Source of the DNA: an uncultured bacterium
GTDB lineage: Bacteria > SAR324 > NAC60-12
Direction: 5' to 3'
Length of the DNA: 51,292 nucleotides
NCBI GenBank assembly: GCA_965662845.1
Contig: CBFIJD010000002.1
Span: 1 to 51,292 of the forward strand
The translations under genes were made by a program, and so were the position numbers. Below the pieces are notes generated by a model that did no database searches, had not been told where the DNA came from, and saw only the letters and a list, made by a program, of their open reading frames with translations. Of this stretch, positions 28,413-39,534 are shown in pieces. The number at the start of each line of letters is the position of its first letter. Position 1 is the first letter of the stretch.

Positions 28413-29396
28413 ATGCGCAACAATCTTTCCTTCAAAGTCCTAGCTCTCGTCTTAGCCGTCACCGTCTGGTATTTGGCAAAACAAGAAGACGAGCCCATTC
28501 AAATCAGCTTTTTTGCTCCGATTGTCTTCACGAATGTGCCACCTTCGCTGCAAGTGACAGTGAATCCTACCCAAGTCAACATCTCGGCTTACACTAGCGC
28601 GCGGAGAAGCAATGCCTTCAACCCCTCCGAAGTGCGAGCCGTTCTGGACTTAGGGCAGGCACAACCTGGCGTTTATGACTACTCGATTACCGAAGAAAAT
28701 ATTGAAGCCACAGGAACGCTGCAAATGGAGCGGATCTCGCCGTCACAAGTGCAACTTGAGATCGCGCAACTAGTGGACAAAGAGTTCCGGCTGCAACCTC
28801 GCTATAGTGGTCAACTCAGCGAAGGGTTCCTGCTTGAAGACATCGAGATTGTTCCTCCGGTGGTTCGGTTGCGTGGTCCTCAAGCCACCATGGAATCTTT
28901 TGATGTTGTGATGACGAAGGAGATCGATCTCAGCGGTTTGAATAGTTCGATTGATATACTCGTGCAAATTGATTTGCCGAACTCGAACCTGCAAATTCTT
29001 CCGAGCGAATTTGATTATTACACTGCGAGAGTCTTGGTGCGGGCTCTGCCAATTAAAAAGCGATTTGAAAACGTGCCGATTTATCTAAGAAACAGTGAGT
29101 TCGTCTCATTAGTAAATCCAAATACATTTAGTCTCTTCTTAGAAGGCCCTCCTGACATTATTAACAATTTGAGCACGAGTGAAGTTTACGGGACAGTAGA
29201 CCTTGCTGATTATCAACCAGGAGACTATCAAATCTCGCCTAAGCCTGTGGTCCCTAAACAGGTGAATGTGCTGCAACAGTGGCCGGTTGTTTCCTTGTGG
29301 GTCAAGTCGACCCCTCTCTCTAATGAAGAAAAAATTGAGAATGAACGTTTAGTCAACCGCCTTACCACCCCATATCCTTACCCTCCCCAACCATAA
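28413..29396 (+). CDS. cdaR: CdaR / YbbR-like domain protein
   Basis: [17 protein letters not shown]-terminus, repeated YbbR-like units; follows cdaA. Confidence 0.8.
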   Translation: MRNNLSFKVLALVLAVTVWYLAKQEDEPIQISFFAPIVFTNVPPSLQVTVNPTQVNISAYTSARRSNAFNPSEVRAVLDLGQAQPGVYDYSITEENIEATGTLQMERISPSQVQLEIAQLVDKEFRLQPRYSGQLSEGFLLEDIEIVPPVVRLRGPQATMESFDVVMTKEIDLSGLNSSIDILVQIDLPNSNLQILPSEFDYYTARVLVRALPIKKRFENVPIYLRNSEFVSLVNPNTFSLFLEGPPDIINNLSTSEVYGTVDLADYQPGDYQISPKPVVPKQVNVLQQWPVVSLWVKSTPLSNEEKIENERLVNRLTTPYPYPPQP

Positions 29397-29401
29397 TTGA
29401 T

Positions 29402-30157
29402 ATGATTGCGCTACACGTAAACGTCGACCACGTCGCGACTCTGCGCCAAGCAAGACGCACCACAGAACCAGACCCTATTGCTGCGGCTGCTATCGCGGAG
29501 CTGAACGGAGCAGATGGGATTACGGTTCACTTGCGAGAAGATCGCAGGCACATCCAAGACCGTGATGTTCACATCTTGCGAGAAACCGTAAAAACAGTCT
29601 TGAATCTGGAGATGGCCGTTACGGATCCAATGTTAGAGATTGCCTTACAGATCAGGCCGGAAGTCGTGACTCTCGTCCCCGAGAAAAGAGAAGAAATCAC
29701 TACAGAAGGTGGCCTTGATGTCGCCGTCGATTGGAAACGTATGTGCGATTTTGTGAAAGAATTAGTGAACGCCGAGATGCGAGTGAGTCTATTTGTTGAT
29801 CCAGATCCGCAACAAATTGAGGCGTCCGCGAAAGTTCAAGCGACTGAGGTCGAACTACACACGGGTACCTATGCCAATCTAAAGAGTGCCCACCGGCGCT
29901 CGGAGCAGTGGGATCGTCTCGCGGTTGCCGCGGAGGCCGCCCATCAACATGGGTTGCAAGTCAACGCAGGACATGGGCTGACCTATCACAACACGCGCGC
30001 CATTTGCAAACTGCCACATTTGCGTGAATTGAACATTGGACACAGCATTATCAGCCGCTCTGTTCTCTATGGACTCGCGGAATCGGTCAGGGAAATGCGT
30101 CGCTTGATTGATGAAGAAGTGGCTCAACACGCGAACGAAACGCAGCGAGAACGATGA
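29402..30157 (+). CDS. pdxJ: Pyridoxine 5'-phosphate synthase
   Basis: [48 protein letters not shown]. Confidence 0.97.
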   Translation: MIALHVNVDHVATLRQARRTTEPDPIAAAAIAELNGADGITVHLREDRRHIQDRDVHILRETVKTVLNLEMAVTDPMLEIALQIRPEVVTLVPEKREEITTEGGLDVAVDWKRMCDFVKELVNAEMRVSLFVDPDPQQIEASAKVQATEVELHTGTYANLKSAHRRSEQWDRLAVAAEAAHQHGLQVNAGHGLTYHNTRAICKLPHLRELNIGHSIISRSVLYGLAESVREMRRLIDEEVAQHANETQRER

Positions 30158-31614
30158 AAGATATTATTATTGAATACTCTCCACAGGAAATCCGCGTCGC
30201 GATTTTAGAGAACGATACGCTGACGGAAATTTATCATGAGCGTGAACGGGAGCGTCGGATTGTTGGCAATATTTACAAAGGACGCGTTGCCAAGGTCTTG
30301 CCTGGGATGGAATCTGCGTTTGTAGAGATTGGAGAAGAGCGATCGGCCTTTCTCTATATTGATGACATCCTGCCTGAAGTTGTAGGAAAACGGGCTTTCA
30401 ATGGGGAAGGGAAAGTGCCGATTGAACGGATTTTAGAAGAAGGCCAAGAGATCTTAGTTCAGGTATCCAAGGGGCCGATTAGTACAAAGGGCGCCCGAGT
30501 GACTACACAGATCTCTCTGCCCGGGCGCAACCTAGTATATATGCCGTTTACCGAGACCGTGGGGGTCTCGCGTCAAATTACTCAAGATGCCGAGCGCAAT
30601 CGCTTGCGTGACATTGTGATGCAGCTGCGGCCGGCAAACGAAGGGTTCATTATTCGCACGGTGGCAGAAGGACGCACTGAAGAAGATCTGCATACAGATA
30701 TCAATTTCTTGGTGTCTTTGTGGGAAGGCGTTCGGCAAAATGCACAAAAAAGTCGGCCGCCTAGCCTGCTTCACACCGACCTCAACGTGATCTACCGCAC
30801 GATCCGCGATGTGTTCTCAAAAGACGTGCGGAAACTCGTCATTAACGACAAGACGCAATATCAGCAAATTCGTCAGTTTGTGAAGAACTATTTGCCCCGC
30901 TACGGCTCTATAGTTGAACTTTACTCCTCTCTGATTCCTATTTTTGACCACTATGGGATTGAGAACGAACTCGAACGGGCTCTGGGACAAAAAGTTTGGC
31001 TGCCTTCAGGAGGATCTCTCATCATTGATCAAACCGAAGCACTCACCGCCATCGACGTCAACACAGGACGATTTGTAGGCAAAGAGAGCCACGAAAAGAC
31101 CATTCTGCGCACAAATTTAGAAGCTGTCTCGGAGATCGTTTATCAGCTCCAACTGCGAAACATCGGAGGCATCATCATCATCGACCTGATTGATATGGAG
31201 CAGGCGCAGCACCGCCAAATGGTCTATCAAGCTCTGAAAGAGCAACTGCGAAATGACAAAGCCCGCAGTAAAATTCTCCAAATTAGTGAGATGGGACTCG
31301 TTGAGATGACCCGCAAACGAGACCGCGAGAGCCTAATGCGCTACCTCTGCGATCCGTGCCCTTACTGCAATGGTAGCGGGAACATTAAATCCCCGGCGAC
31401 GGTCACGGCGGAGATTTTTCGAGAAGTGCAGCGAGTGACACGTCAAAAAAAGCGTGGCTCTGTCTCCGTTTATGTTCATCCAGACCTACACTTTTATTTA
31501 CAAGAAGAAGAGCCGAATACGGTGCACGCGATGGAAGTCGTCGTCGGCGTGCCCGTGACATTCAAAGCCTCCCCGTCTCTCCACCACGAACAATATGAAA
31601 TCTATGAATACTGA
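30154..31614 (+). CDS. rng: Ribonuclease G (Rne/Rng family)
   Basis: [14 protein letters not shown]1 domain, [28 protein letters not shown]; no long C-terminal tail. Confidence 0.9.
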   Translation: MKDIIIEYSPQEIRVAILENDTLTEIYHERERERRIVGNIYKGRVAKVLPGMESAFVEIGEERSAFLYIDDILPEVVGKRAFNGEGKVPIERILEEGQEILVQVSKGPISTKGARVTTQISLPGRNLVYMPFTETVGVSRQITQDAERNRLRDIVMQLRPANEGFIIRTVAEGRTEEDLHTDINFLVSLWEGVRQNAQKSRPPSLLHTDLNVIYRTIRDVFSKDVRKLVINDKTQYQQIRQFVKNYLPRYGSIVELYSSLIPIFDHYGIENELERALGQKVWLPSGGSLIIDQTEALTAIDVNTGRFVGKESHEKTILRTNLEAVSEIVYQLQLRNIGGIIIIDLIDMEQAQHRQMVYQALKEQLRNDKARSKILQISEMGLVEMTRKRDRESLMRYLCDPCPYCNGSGNIKSPATVTAEIFREVQRVTRQKKRGSVSVYVHPDLHFYLQEEEPNTVHAMEVVVGVPVTFKASPSLHHEQYEIYEY

Positions 31615-32347
31615 ATTAGACTCTCTGGTAGAAAAGAACCTGAAGGAACGCTTGAAAGACAATAGCTACCCTGGGCGAGGGATCGTTGTGGGGCAGGTGA
31701 GTCCGGAAAAGTGGGCGATTGTCTACTGGATTATGGGGCGGAGCGCTAACAGCCGAAACCGATGCTTTGTGGAACAAGACGGGAACCTGCAAACCGTCCC
31801 TGCAGATCCAAGGAAAGTCGAAGACCCGTCTCTGATTTTGTACAACGCGGTGCGACGCTGGAATCGCTGCTGGATTGTGACGAACGGGAGCCACACCGAT
31901 GTGATTGTGGAGGAGCTGTCGCAAGGAAACGAACTCCTTAAAGCGTTAGAGACCCAACGGCATGAACCCGATGCCCCTAACTTCACACCTAGAATCTCGG
32001 GCTTGTTAGACTTTCGTGCAGAGCGTCCGACCGTGTATCTTTCTTCTTTGCGACAAAGTCAGCTCGTCCCTGAAGAATCAGATCACCGCCTCTATCAATT
32101 TCGTCGCCTGATGCCGGGCTACGGCTATGCCCTGACCACCTATCTGCAAGATGGGAATCCTCTGCCGACCTACGACGCGCCGCCATTTCTCTTGCCATTA
32201 TTTGAAACTCCACGAAAATGCGCGGAATTCTTCTGGGAAAAGTTGCACTCTGAAAATAGAATCTCGCTTGCGGTTTTCCATATTCACGCGGAAAGTCTGG
32301 AACAAGAGATGCACATCATCAACGCTAACGCTCTCTCATCTGTTTGA
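31604..32347 (+). CDS. IMP cyclohydrolase-like (PurO-like) protein
   Basis: YPGRGIVVG, YWIMGRSANSRNR, DPSLILYN, IVTNGSHTD, EPDAPNFTPRISG; alternative start 31595. Confidence 0.8.
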   Translation: MNTELDSLVEKNLKERLKDNSYPGRGIVVGQVSPEKWAIVYWIMGRSANSRNRCFVEQDGNLQTVPADPRKVEDPSLILYNAVRRWNRCWIVTNGSHTDVIVEELSQGNELLKALETQRHEPDAPNFTPRISGLLDFRAERPTVYLSSLRQSQLVPEESDHRLYQFRRLMPGYGYALTTYLQDGNPLPTYDAPPFLLPLFETPRKCAEFFWEKLHSENRISLAVFHIHAESLEQEMHIINANALSSV

Positions 32348-32422
32348 CAGATTGAGCTATCACGGCTTGCTCGGTTTCCGGTCGCCAGCCTCTTCTCTAC
32401 ACTCCAACCGGTCGAAACGGAT

Positions 32423-33376
32423 ATGTCTGCGGAACGACGTCAGTACCTGCGAGTCATCTTCGAAGAAACAATTCAAGTTCGCACTGAAGAGTGGACAGAT
32501 CCCATCGCGACGGGACTTGATATCTCCCTTAACGGTGTACGCTTTCACTGCGAATATCCGCTGTCGGATGGCGAGCGCGTTATCATTCAATTTCAGCCTG
32601 ACTTCGAGCTGGAGGGGGTCGCGCGCTGGTGCTGGCCGATTGAGTGGTACTATCAAGCCGCTGTTCAGTTTGCCGACATCACTCTGGAGCAGCAAGAGCA
32701 GCTCCGTCAGTACATCCGACAGACCACTGGGGAAGAATATCCCGATTACGGAGCTACCGAACCTGAAGACCAAGTCACGCAGCCCGAAATTGAAGAAGAC
32801 GCGGGATTTACGGCGGCCCTAGAAGACGACGAGCTGCCCATCGACCTAGATGATGATGGCTTGGAGAGCGAAGAGGAGACAGACGAAGAAGGTGGCTTAC
32901 GTCCTCAAAGCTATGCAGGACAAAACATCGCGCTGTTCATTGAGAAAGACTCGCCGCACGCGGACATGATGATCCAATATCTGGCTGATCGCACCGCGTT
33001 CGAAGTTAATTTGATCAACAAGCCAGGAAATCTCTGGCCGATGCTCCGCGAACACGTGTTAGATTTGGTGGTGATCAACCAAACGAGCACGAACGAAGAA
33101 GACGCAGATGCTGTGATGGAAACGCTCCGTCATGACTATCCAGAAGTCCCTTATATTGTGCTCGCAGGCCCCATTAGTCTGGAACAACGTCTGCGCTTGA
33201 TTACCAAAGGCGCAGCAGACGTGATCACTCGCCCAGTTCACCTGTCGGCAATTGCCCAGAGCATTCTGTTGCAATTCCATGCGAACCAAGCGGAAGGCTC
33301 TTCGCTACCCGCTGGTCTATTAGATGATAACTTGGACATCTCGAACGAACTCGATCTTATGGAAAGCGAGTTTTAA
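32423..33376 (+). CDS. PilZ-domain protein with acidic linker and pseudo-receiver domain
   Basis: RRQYLR (RxxxR) and DISLNG (DxSxxG); C-terminal REC-like LDLVVINQ...GAADVITRP. Confidence 0.8.
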   Translation: MSAERRQYLRVIFEETIQVRTEEWTDPIATGLDISLNGVRFHCEYPLSDGERVIIQFQPDFELEGVARWCWPIEWYYQAAVQFADITLEQQEQLRQYIRQTTGEEYPDYGATEPEDQVTQPEIEEDAGFTAALEDDELPIDLDDDGLESEEETDEEGGLRPQSYAGQNIALFIEKDSPHADMMIQYLADRTAFEVNLINKPGNLWPMLREHVLDLVVINQTSTNEEDADAVMETLRHDYPEVPYIVLAGPISLEQRLRLITKGAADVITRPVHLSAIAQSILLQFHANQAEGSSLPAGLLDDNLDISNELDLMESEF

Positions 33377-33405
33377 GGTTCGAGCCTCAGTACTTCTTAC
33401 CTCCA

Positions 33406-33434
33406 AGGAGCGGCCAACGATAACGGCAGCTCCT
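33406..33434. terminator. Hairpin between convergent genes (possible terminator)
   Basis: AGGAGCGGCC-N9-GGCAGCTCCT stem with one mismatch; no U-tract. Confidence 0.35.
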
Positions 33435-33442
33435 CCCCTCCT

Positions 33443-33814
33443 TTACTCTGCTAATCCAAACACAGACGAGAAATAGATCGGGTGATGGTACTGCATCAAC
33501 TCCTGATCTTTCAAAGCTCCGAACATATTCTGATTTCGTAGATCTGGAAACGGAGTGATGTCTTCTAACTCGCCCTCTGGGCTTTCCCAGACAGAGTGGA
33601 AGATCGCCTGATAGTTAAAAAACTGCTTAATAAAATAATAGCCAAAGATCTGTCGACCTTGTTGTTCAGCCACCCGCGTTTTGACGTTGGTATGACAAGA
33701 CCAAACGCGCCCCTGATAATCGGGCTGGCAAGGAATTAAGACGGGATAGTCACAACCAATGCGCTCACTAAATTCAGCGAGTGTCGCGGTTATTCGAGTG
33801 GGTAGATACAACAT
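33443..33814 (-). CDS. Hypothetical protein with putative Cys-His-Asp triad
   Basis: 123 aa; CHTNV...FHSVWESPEGELEDITP; GGAG upstream. Confidence 0.65.
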   Translation of the reverse strand: MLYLPTRITATLAEFSERIGCDYPVLIPCQPDYQGRVWSCHTNVKTRVAEQQGRQIFGYYFIKQFFNYQAIFHSVWESPEGELEDITPFPDLRNQNMFGALKDQELMQYHHPIYFSSVFGLAE

Positions 33815-33831
33815 ATTTTTGCTCCATAAGT

Positions 33832-36579
33832 TTAGCTACCGGTGAGCACACCGAAGAAGATAAATTGGGGACGATCATATTCTTCATCGCCGACCGGAAC
33901 AGCGATCTCAAGTTTGATTGGAATCTGAACCAGAGAAGCAGCATCTACGCCCATGCGTAGTCCGATTCCTATGTTACGGCGATCCACAGAATCTGTCAGT
34001 TCTTCATTTTTGCCCCAAGCACGCCCCTGATCGTAGAAAATCGTCCCCTGCAACCCGAGGCTGCTGATGTTTCCCCACCAAGGATTTGTCACGAGCGGAA
34101 ACTCATAGTCTAGGCGAGAAACCAATAAATTTTCTTGGCTCAAGTCACCCGATTGAGGATAGCCACGCAGGGTTTGGGGGCCGCCAAGAGAAAATTTTTT
34201 CTGATCAGGAGAGCTTCCTAACGTATTACTAAGCAATAACCGCCACTGAAGGCTGCTGCGGAATCCTGTCTGAAAGATCTGTGTGAGCGACTCCGACCAC
34301 AGCGCATAAGAATAAGAGGTCTCCAGCTCCTGCGACGGCTGTTCAGTGCTCACGCTCCACCTGGTAATGTAGTCCCCAGTCGTTGCGTTTTGGCCCGTAT
34401 ACTCCGCCGTGACTACATTGGAGTCTCCGGTATCGCCGTCGCGGGCATCCGTAGAATATAAATACTCCAGCGCAACCCCGGCTTGAATAGAGTAGGAATA
34501 CCGATCGGGATAAGTTGGGCTTTGATAACCCCCTTGTACTCCTTCAGAACGAACACCGCCAACTCGCCTCAGAACCACTTCACCAAAGAAATTTCTGCGC
34601 AGAAAGTTCTGCTTTCGCACTTCCAGCTGATAGAGAAAGTCCCGACTTTTGGTCCCATATCCCGGAATCGCATAGACACTGTAGTCACCTTGCCTATGGC
34701 GCAGGCCCACTCCAAAAGAGTTGCCATCAATCGCGTTGTTCGCAATGCCAGGAACAAAAGTGACCATTTGTTCGCGTTGCTTTTTCCAGTCAAAGGCAAA
34801 ACGTAGCCGCAGAAAGGTGAAAGAGTGATTGTTGACTCTGGAGGTCTCCAGCAAATATTCCTGCGGATCTAAGGACACTTCGTCTGGCGGAGAATTGGTG
34901 CGAAACTGCACAATGTAGAGGGAACGACGACTAAAAATGCGCTTACGATACTCTGCCTCATCATCAGTCCGCAGAACGAGGTCAATCGGCATAACCGCTT
35001 CTTCTGGCTTCAAGACCTCTACTCGCACTAAATAGCGATTTTCCGCGATCTCTTCATAGCTGACTTCTCCCACGGCATAGTCCAAGCGTTTTGTCGTTTC
35101 AAACCATTGCTCAAAGAACCAACGCAGATCGGCTCCGGTCACTTGTTCCATGGAATATTTGAGATTGCGATGCGTACTGGTTTGGTATTGCCGATTGACA
35201 AAAAAATTGAGTAGACCTCTGCGAAAGTTCTCTTTTTCTACATAATACTCCAGCATGCTCATCACCATTGCTGCCTTATAGTTCACAGCTTTGAGATGCT
35301 CAGAAGTCGCAGCGTTCTCGCGGAAAGAACTGGCGATAGGTCGCAACAACTCTAGCTTTCCACTACGCGCCATATCTTCTACAAAGTGTTCCTTGAACTG
35401 TGGGTTCATCCAATTGATGAAATCAAAAATACCCGCGTCTCTGCCAAACTTTTGCTCATAAAAACGCATACTCAAGAAAATCGGAATCCCCCGACTGAGC
35501 CACATCTGAGAGTCTTCGTTATGCCAGATCGTTTCGCCAAACCATAATTTGCCGAGTCCCATTGTAAAGAGGCCTAAGACCCGCCGATCCATAAACTCGG
35601 TGCGCTCATAATGTGGTCGAGTGACCAAGACAATGTTGTTGAAAACACGCACATCTTCACTGCGACCTGGAACCTCAACCAGCTTGATATCTTCCCATGG
35701 AATGCGGAGCTGATATTCCGTCTGTAGGTAGCCCACATATTCTTCTGCCCACTGCTGTAGTAACCCAACTCTACGGGAATAAGCGTCGCGATAAAAAGAG
35801 TGAATCTCGCTAGGGGGTGTCTCTAATTGCTGGTGCTCAAGAGAAAAAATGAGCGGAAAGTATTTGACAGGACGCTGGGTAGTCGGCAGCTGAATAGCTG
35901 TGTCTGCGGGGACTACTTCCGCTACATTTGTAGTGATCAGGTGACCCGTCTCCGCTGAGCGCCAACGAATCCTGAAATGTGCCGGACTCGGTTCATCTAA
36001 ACGCAAATCGGGCGCCTGCTCCAAGCTGCCTAAAAAGAGAGGATACCACTCCGCGCTAACTAACATTTGATCAACGATCCCCTCTTCGTAGCGCTCAGGA
36101 AACCTCGTCTCAAATTCGATTCTGACTTTTTCTAAGCCTCCCGTGTTGGCGATTCGGAGCAGGCCATTTCGGACAGAATATCCAACCTCTATATTGGGAT
36201 TGTCTTCGAGGCGGAAATCGAGCTCTTGGCCCTCATGGTTGACGCTCTGGATGATCATCTCTCCTTGACTAAACCCATTAGGCTGCAAGGGGTCGTCATT
36301 CTGACTAAAGGTGCTGCTCGCAAAAATTGGGGTCTGCTTAGAGCGGCGTAGGCCCCTCTCATCTGGAGCAAGGAAACGGTTCATCGGCAACGCAAAGATC
36401 CACTCACTCCCCTGAGAATCGACCGGAATGTGGACTTCTAAGCTTCCTCGAAGCGTGCGTTGCTCGAGGGAAAAGCGTACGTCGCCTTCGTAATAGGGGA
36501 GGGAGCGAGGCTCTGCAGCGAAGAGGGAGAGCCCTAGACAGGAGACCAGCAGGGAGAACAGAAATAAAAACCGGAGCAT
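33832..36579 (-). CDS. Exported M1-aminopeptidase-like domain (HEXXH absent) fused to an Omp85/BamA-TamA-type beta-barrel
   Basis: Signal peptide; M1-like LWFGE, WLSRG, YKAAMVMSML, DLRWFFEQWF, LDYAV; C-terminal FSLGGPQTLRGY, FYDQGRAW, GIGLR, KLEIAVPV. Confidence 0.75.
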   Translation of the reverse strand: MLRFLFLFSLLVSCLGLSLFAAEPRSLPYYEGDVRFSLEQRTLRGSLEVHIPVDSQGSEWIFALPMNRFLAPDERGLRRSKQTPIFASSTFSQNDDPLQPNGFSQGEMIIQSVNHEGQELDFRLEDNPNIEVGYSVRNGLLRIANTGGLEKVRIEFETRFPERYEEGIVDQMLVSAEWYPLFLGSLEQAPDLRLDEPSPAHFRIRWRSAETGHLITTNVAEVVPADTAIQLPTTQRPVKYFPLIFSLEHQQLETPPSEIHSFYRDAYSRRVGLLQQWAEEYVGYLQTEYQLRIPWEDIKLVEVPGRSEDVRVFNNIVLVTRPHYERTEFMDRRVLGLFTMGLGKLWFGETIWHNEDSQMWLSRGIPIFLSMRFYEQKFGRDAGIFDFINWMNPQFKEHFVEDMARSGKLELLRPIASSFRENAATSEHLKAVNYKAAMVMSMLEYYVEKENFRRGLLNFFVNRQYQTSTHRNLKYSMEQVTGADLRWFFEQWFETTKRLDYAVGEVSYEEIAENRYLVRVEVLKPEEAVMPIDLVLRTDDEAEYRKRIFSRRSLYIVQFRTNSPPDEVSLDPQEYLLETSRVNNHSFTFLRLRFAFDWKKQREQMVTFVPGIANNAIDGNSFGVGLRHRQGDYSVYAIPGYGTKSRDFLYQLEVRKQNFLRRNFFGEVVLRRVGGVRSEGVQGGYQSPTYPDRYSYSIQAGVALEYLYSTDARDGDTGDSNVVTAEYTGQNATTGDYITRWSVSTEQPSQELETSYSYALWSESLTQIFQTGFRSSLQWRLLLSNTLGSSPDQKKFSLGGPQTLRGYPQSGDLSQENLLVSRLDYEFPLVTNPWWGNISSLGLQGTIFYDQGRAWGKNEELTDSVDRRNIGIGLRMGVDAASLVQIPIKLEIAVPVGDEEYDRPQFIFFGVLTGS

Positions 36580-36629
36580 GAATCACAGGTATGAGTGAGA
36601 CAAGAATACCTGCGCCCTCGGCAGGTGGT

Positions 36630-37892
36630 TTAGGTAAGAAATGCTTTAGATGCAATATCTGAACGATAGTGCATGTTAGAGAAATGAATTTTTTGCAGAC
36701 GACGATAACTCGCCTGCTGAGCCGCACGCAAATCGTCGCCAAGGGCAGAGACGTTCAAGACACGACCGCCGTTGGTGACCAGCGCCCCTGCTCTCTCAGC
36801 CGTCCCCGCGTGGAAGACGACTTCATCTGCGCTGGAATGAAGCTCGCCTGTGATCGGCAAGCCCTTCTCGTAACTGCCGGGATAGCCGCCAGACGCGGCA
36901 ATGACACAGACGCACGCGCGCGGATTCCACTCGAGTGTGACTTCGTGCAGGCGGCCTTCTAGCGAGGCTGCGATCACTTCTAACAAGTCGGTCTGCAGAC
37001 GCGGCAACACCACCTGCGCTTCGGGATCGCCAAAGCGGACGTTGAACTCCACCACTTTGGGGCCTTCTGCCGTCAACATCAGCCCGGTGTACAGCACGCC
37101 CTGAAAGTCGATGCCGTCGCGCTGTAAGCCTTCGACCATCGGGCGCACGATCTTCCCTTCAATTTCGGGCAGCCACGCCGCGAGGTGCGGCACCGGCGAG
37201 TACGCGCCCATTCCACCTGTGTTCGGTCCTTGATCTCTGTCAAAAACCGGTTTGTGATCTTGCGAAGGCACCATCGGCAGGAAGGTCTTGCCGCTCACAA
37301 AGCTGAGCACGGTCATTTCTTCGCCAGCCATGAACTCTTCCACGACGACGGTGCGGCCTGCGTCGCCAAAGCGCCCGGTCTCTAGGGCCTCGCGGAGCGC
37401 GTTCTCTGCTTCATCCAGAGTCTGCGCGACGGTGACTCCTTTCCCTGCCGCGAGGCCATCCGCCTTGATCACAATCGGGGCGCCTTGGGCCTGCACGTAA
37501 CTCCAAGCAGACAGATAGTCCGTGAAGGTCTCAGCTTTTGCCGTCGGGACTCCGTAAGCCCGCATCTTCTCTTTTGCGAAGGATTTGCTGCTCTCTAGCC
37601 GCGCTGCCTGTTGCGAAGGTCCATACACCGGCAACCCTGCGGCCTGAAAGCGGTCGACGATGCCCTGTGATAGCGGGTCTTCTGGGCCGATGATGGTCAA
37701 ATCGATGCCTTCCTGCTGAACCCACGCTTGCAGCGCGTCAAGGTCATTGACCGCGATCGGGACGCAGGTGGCGTGCTGCGCAATGCCTGGGTTCCCAGGG
37801 GCGCAGAACAGCTCTGTCACGCGAGTACTTTGCGCGAGCTTCCAGACTAGGGCGTGCTCGCGGCCCCCTCCTCCGATCACGGCGACCTTCAT
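36630..37892 (-). CDS. purD: Phosphoribosylamine-glycine ligase
   Basis: [50 protein letters not shown]. Confidence 0.97.
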   Translation of the reverse strand: MKVAVIGGGGREHALVWKLAQSTRVTELFCAPGNPGIAQHATCVPIAVNDLDALQAWVQQEGIDLTIIGPEDPLSQGIVDRFQAAGLPVYGPSQQAARLESSKSFAKEKMRAYGVPTAKAETFTDYLSAWSYVQAQGAPIVIKADGLAAGKGVTVAQTLDEAENALREALETGRFGDAGRTVVVEEFMAGEEMTVLSFVSGKTFLPMVPSQDHKPVFDRDQGPNTGGMGAYSPVPHLAAWLPEIEGKIVRPMVEGLQRDGIDFQGVLYTGLMLTAEGPKVVEFNVRFGDPEAQVVLPRLQTDLLEVIAASLEGRLHEVTLEWNPRACVCVIAASGGYPGSYEKGLPITGELHSSADEVVFHAGTAERAGALVTNGGRVLNVSALGDDLRAAQQASYRRLQKIHFSNMHYRSDIASKAFLT

Positions 37893-38500
37893 CGTTTTTC
37901 TCTCCAAATCACTTTGCCTGCGTTCCAAGAAAATTCGTCTTCACTCCACGCACGGACGGTCTGTGGCAAGAGCTGGTGTTCTGCGCGACGAATTTTTGCG
38001 CTCAACGACTCTAGGGTCTCTTGTGGAGAGACCTCGACGGCTTGCTGCGCGATGATCGCGCCAGTGTCGATGCCGGCATCCACAAAGTGAACCGTGCAGC
38101 CTGTGATGCGCACGCCGTAACGAAGCGCGTCGCCAATCCCGTCCTTGCCCTGAAAGGCGGGTAATAACGAAGGGTGCAAATTGATGATTTTGCCTTCCCA
38201 GCGCTCTAACAAGGTTGGGCCAACCAACCGCATGTAGCCGGCCAGCACGATGCGTTCAACGCCTCGTCGGCTCAACTCCGCTGAGATTGCCTGCTCATAG
38301 GCCACTTTGTCAGCGAATTCTTTGGGCGAATGCGCCCACACGGGAATTTGGGCGGCCTCGGCGCGTGCAAGCACTTTTGCGGCTGGCTGGTCGCACACCA
38401 ACAGAGACCAGGCCACGTTGGGGAGCACCCCGCGCTCGCTCGCGTCCAGCAGCGCTTGAAAGTTGGTCCCCGAACCAGACGCAAACACAGCGAACTTCAC
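37889..38500 (-). CDS. purN: Phosphoribosylglycinamide formyltransferase
   Basis: [44 protein letters not shown] start overlapping the purM stop. Confidence 0.95.
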   Translation of the reverse strand: MKFAVFASGSGTNFQALLDASERGVLPNVAWSLLVCDQPAAKVLARAEAAQIPVWAHSPKEFADKVAYEQAISAELSRRGVERIVLAGYMRLVGPTLLERWEGKIINLHPSLLPAFQGKDGIGDALRYGVRITGCTVHFVDAGIDTGAIIAQQAVEVSPQETLESLSAKIRRAEHQLLPQTVRAWSEDEFSWNAGKVIWREKR

Positions 38501-39534
38501 CGCAGCGCTCCCTGCAGCTGCACCTTCCCGCTGCCCGCGACGATTTCTCCCAAGCCATACACAGACTCGCCGCTCTCGGCGCAAATCTCCTCAAAGCGGA
38601 CTAAGTTCTCTGGCGCGATGATGGCCACCAAGCCGATGCCCATGTTGAAGACCTCGAACATTTCAGCGGTCGGAAGATTACCGAGCCCTTGTAGCCATTG
38701 GAACAGCTGGCGCTGCGGCCAAGACTCTAGGTGGATGCAAGCGTCCACATGTGCTGGAAGCACGCGGGGTAAGTTGCCCACGAGCCCGCCACCTGTGATG
38801 TGCGACCAGCCTTTGACGAGCTGCTCGGAGTTGAGCTGGTTGGCGAGCGGAGAGTAAATGCGCGTGGGCTCTAAAAGAACGTCTCCAACGGAGCGCTCTC
38901 TCTCGGGGAAGCGATCGGTGAACGCAATGTGATGATCTTCTAACAACTTGCGAACCAGCGAGAAGCCGTTGCTGTGCACCCCCGAAGAAGCGAGCCCCAG
39001 CACCAGGTCACCTGCATGGATGTTCGCTCCAGTGAGAATTCGAGACTTCTCCACCACTCCGACGGCAAACCCTGCGAGGTCATATTCTCCTGCGGCATAC
39101 ATCCCGGGCATCTCGGCCGTCTCTCCTCCGAGCAAGGCGCATCCTGCTTGTTGACAGCCGCTCGCGATGCCGCTGACGACGGTTTCGATGGCTTCGGGGT
39201 TGAGCTTCCCGCAAGCGATGTAATCCAAGAAGAACAGCGGCTCGGCTCCTGACACCAAGATGTCATTCACGCACATCGCAACGAGGTCGATGCCCACGGT
39301 GTCGTGTTGGTCGAGCGCGAAGGCCAATTTGAGTTTCGTGCCCACGCCATCGGTCCCAGAGACGAGCACGGGCTCTTTGTATTTCTGCGTATCCAGCGCG
39401 AACAAGCCGCCGAAGCCACCCAGCCCGCTCAGCACTTCTGGGCGCATGGTCGCTTGGGCCAAGGGTTTCAAGCGTTCCACCGCTGCGTCGCCCGCCTGAA
39501 CATCGACTCCTGCTTGACGATACGCGCTGCTCAT
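38497..39534 (-). CDS. purM: AIR synthetase
   Basis: [47 protein letters not shown]. Confidence 0.97.
   Translation of the reverse strand: MSSAYRQAGVDVQAGDAAVERLKPLAQATMRPEVLSGLGGFGGLFALDTQKYKEPVLVSGTDGVGTKLKLAFALDQHDTVGIDLVAMCVNDILVSGAEPLFFLDYIACGKLNPEAIETVVSGIASGCQQAGCALLGGETAEMPGMYAAGEYDLAGFAVGVVEKSRILTGANIHAGDLVLGLASSGVHSNGFSLVRKLLEDHHIAFTDRFPERERSVGDVLLEPTRIYSPLANQLNSEQLVKGWSHITGGGLVGNLPRVLPAHVDACIHLESWPQRQLFQWLQGLGNLPTAEMFEVFNMGIGLVAIIAPENLVRFEEICAESGESVYGLGEIVAGSGKVQLQGALR

Noticed and set aside
32151..32822. 223-aa ORF overlapping the PurO-like and PilZ genes
   Set aside because: Alternative frame over two motif-supported genes; Ser/Arg-rich non-coding-like composition
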